Virus record (IMG/VR): IMGVR_UViG_3300044632_000832
Location: 1-56,536 of that record
DNA from: a virus
Lineage: Duplodnaviria; Caudoviricetes
Length of the DNA stretch: 56,536 nt
Strand: one strand, 5' to 3'
Numbering within the stretch: the first letter of the stretch is position 1; the number at the start of each line of letters is the position of its first letter. Under the pieces are notes generated by a model, which did not search any database, had not been told where the DNA came from, and saw only the letters and a list, made by a program, of their open reading frames with translations. This document shows positions 55,085 to 56,536 of this stretch, in pieces. A program made the translations under genes and the position numbers.

Positions 55085-55113
55085 AATATAGTCTATGGAG
55101 CATGGCTGGTCAA
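55085..55113 (-). promoter_or_regulatory. Early promoter P4
   Basis: TTGACC-N17-TATATT. Confidence 0.75.
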
Positions 55114-55566
55114 CACCAATTGGTCGATATGGGACACTTTTCCTGAAATTGCGGAAACCCGAAGAACCCCCCTAATGGGGGGAATGGGTGGGCATGGGTG
55201 GTGTAGAACAGACTGTATACACAATATATAAACAGTATACGTTTCGCGTCTGGTCCACCCACGGTGGCCCGGCCCAGGCCCACCCCTCTAATGGGGCAGG
55301 GACTGACTCCATTCGGGGGGTGGCGCTGCCTGCCACCAATGGGGGGGGTGCCTCCCCACCCGGTTGGGGGGGTAGTGTACGGCTGTACAGTGTCAAGCGG
55401 AATCGCGTGAGAATGGGTGGGCCACTACCTACTTCCCTATCGAGGTAGGTAAGTACCCCCCACTAGGGGGGCCACCTTTGGGTCCCTCCGCACCACCCAT
55501 TGGGGGGGGTGGGGCCCCAAACAGACCTCATGCCAGAAATCGACCAGTTTTCAGGAGCTTTTCCCT

Positions 55567-55956
55567 ATGGACGACATGATGCTCAACGACGAGTACAAGT
55601 ACCGTCACGACCTGAATATGGTGCTTCGGGCGATGAAGAATCGTTGGGAGATCACCGACGAGACGAAGGTGAAGATCGCAGAGCGTGCGGTGGAGTTGAT
55701 TGACCATCACGACAAGCGGGTTGCCATTAAGGCGATCCAGGTACTCGCGAGTCTTGAGGCTCAGAAGCAGAAGGATGATCACAAGTATCTGGACCTCGTG
55801 TCATCGGCGGCAAAGAAGGAGCAGGTGACGAACAACAGCTTTACTCAGATTGCTGTTGGCGATCTTGATAGTGTTTATCAACTGTTAGATAAGCTGTCGC
55901 CAGGGTCGTCTCCTGCTCTGGAGAATCAAGGTACCCCTGGCGAAAATGAGAATTGA
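55567..55956 (+). CDS. Helical hypothetical protein, possible terminase small subunit
   Basis: AGGAG RBS; first + strand gene after the non-coding switch region; no terS candidate next to terL. Confidence 0.5.
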   Translation: MDDMMLNDEYKYRHDLNMVLRAMKNRWEITDETKVKIAERAVELIDHHDKRVAIKAIQVLASLEAQKQKDDHKYLDLVSSAAKKEQVTNNSFTQIAVGDLDSVYQLLDKLSPGSSPALENQGTPGENEN

Positions 55957-56046
55957 TCGATTTCCCTGTCGGGTTTTTGCAATTTCCCGACACGGTTTTT
56001 CTATGGTCGATTGGCTATGCACCGCTACAAATAAAAGTGGTGCGTT

Positions 56047-56361
56047 CTAGTTGCCGAGTATATCTTCGGCCTTCGCCAGTGCTTCGACCAAGCAGGCAAC
56101 GAGACGTTGTGCTGCTTCCTCGGTGACGAACACAGGTTCTTCGTCGATATCGAGGACGATGCCGAATACGGTGAGTCCATCGAGGGCATTGCTGCCAACC
56201 ACCTGGGCTACTTGGATGCCAACCAGTCCGGTGTAGATGGTATCGGTCTGTTGGTCGAAGGGATCGTCAGATTCGAGCCATTCCATGAGTCGGGTCTCCT
56301 TTGTCACCATTGTATCGTCGGAGTCGGGATTGTCGGAGCTTGTACCTACTTCGCGGACCAT
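56047..56361 (-). CDS. Acidic hypothetical protein
   Basis: Isolated 104-aa ORF with plausible composition. Confidence 0.4.
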   Translation of the reverse strand: MVREVGTSSDNPDSDDTMVTKETRLMEWLESDDPFDQQTDTIYTGLVGIQVAQVVGSNALDGLTVFGIVLDIDEEPVFVTEEAAQRLVACLVEALAKAEDILGN

Positions 56362-56380
56362 CCCTTAACTACCAACCATA

Positions 56381-56536
56381 TTAACGGCAACCATATTGGT
56401 GCATGTCGCCACCTAGCGGTCAACGGTGGCGGCTACTGTCGTACCGACACATGGCGGCTACCACGCTGCGACTACTCTCCCGTTGGTCGAGCAGTCTTGC
56501 CGTCGCGCACCAGCCGGGCAGGCGCGCTCTGTGGGT
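56381..56536. repeat. Terminal overlap, copy 2
   Basis: Repeats 1-156; exact for the first 126 nt. Confidence 0.95.

Noticed and set aside
54770-55113. CRISPR array
   Set aside because: Units are ~115 bp and degenerate, the 'spacers' are homologous and contain promoters, and there are no cas genes.
54262-55560. tRNA genes or confident CDSs in the long intergenic region
   Set aside because: No cloverleaf or T-loop signature was seen by eye. The short ORFs (e.g. 54466-54675) lack a clear RBS or motifs, so none is called.
56381-56536. Biological direct terminal repeat or diversified repeat copy
   Set aside because: An exact 126-nt match followed by mostly T-to-G mismatches in the last 30 nt is typical of assembly overlap plus a low-quality read end. 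It supports circularity but not the real termini.

Overview
The window is an apparently complete ~56.4-kb tailed-phage (siphovirus-type) genome assembled as a circle: bases 1-126 recur exactly at 56381-56506. Several protein motifs suggest a Planctomycetota host (inference). The + strand carries nuclease genes, a long morphogenesis region (terminase, portal, protease/scaffold, capsid, five large fibre/depolymerase-like proteins, a papain-protease cassette, neck, tail tube, frameshifted chaperone, tape measure, tail tip) and a replication block (SSB, SF2 helicase, primase-polymerase). The - strand (54.3 to 41.6 kb) is an early region of small genes. It is preceded by four tandem sigma70-type promoters and includes Gp88, a beta-clamp-like domain, HTH regulators, a minimal tyrosine recombinase, a CsrA homologue missing from the ORF track, MazG and a thermonuclease. 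Most striking: the capsid, decoration, adaptor, closure, tail-terminator, tube and tip proteins are unusually cysteine-rich, while the 1235-aa tape measure, chaperones and scaffold have no Cys at all. The structural operon ends with a CxC micro-protein translationally coupled to a DUF1360-like membrane protein with a CxxC motif. Together these form a candidate phage-encoded disulfide-formation system for a cross-linked virion. A second candidate system is translational control by the phage CsrA through GGA-loop hairpins and leaders. All family assignments come from motif recognition by eye; no database searches were run.
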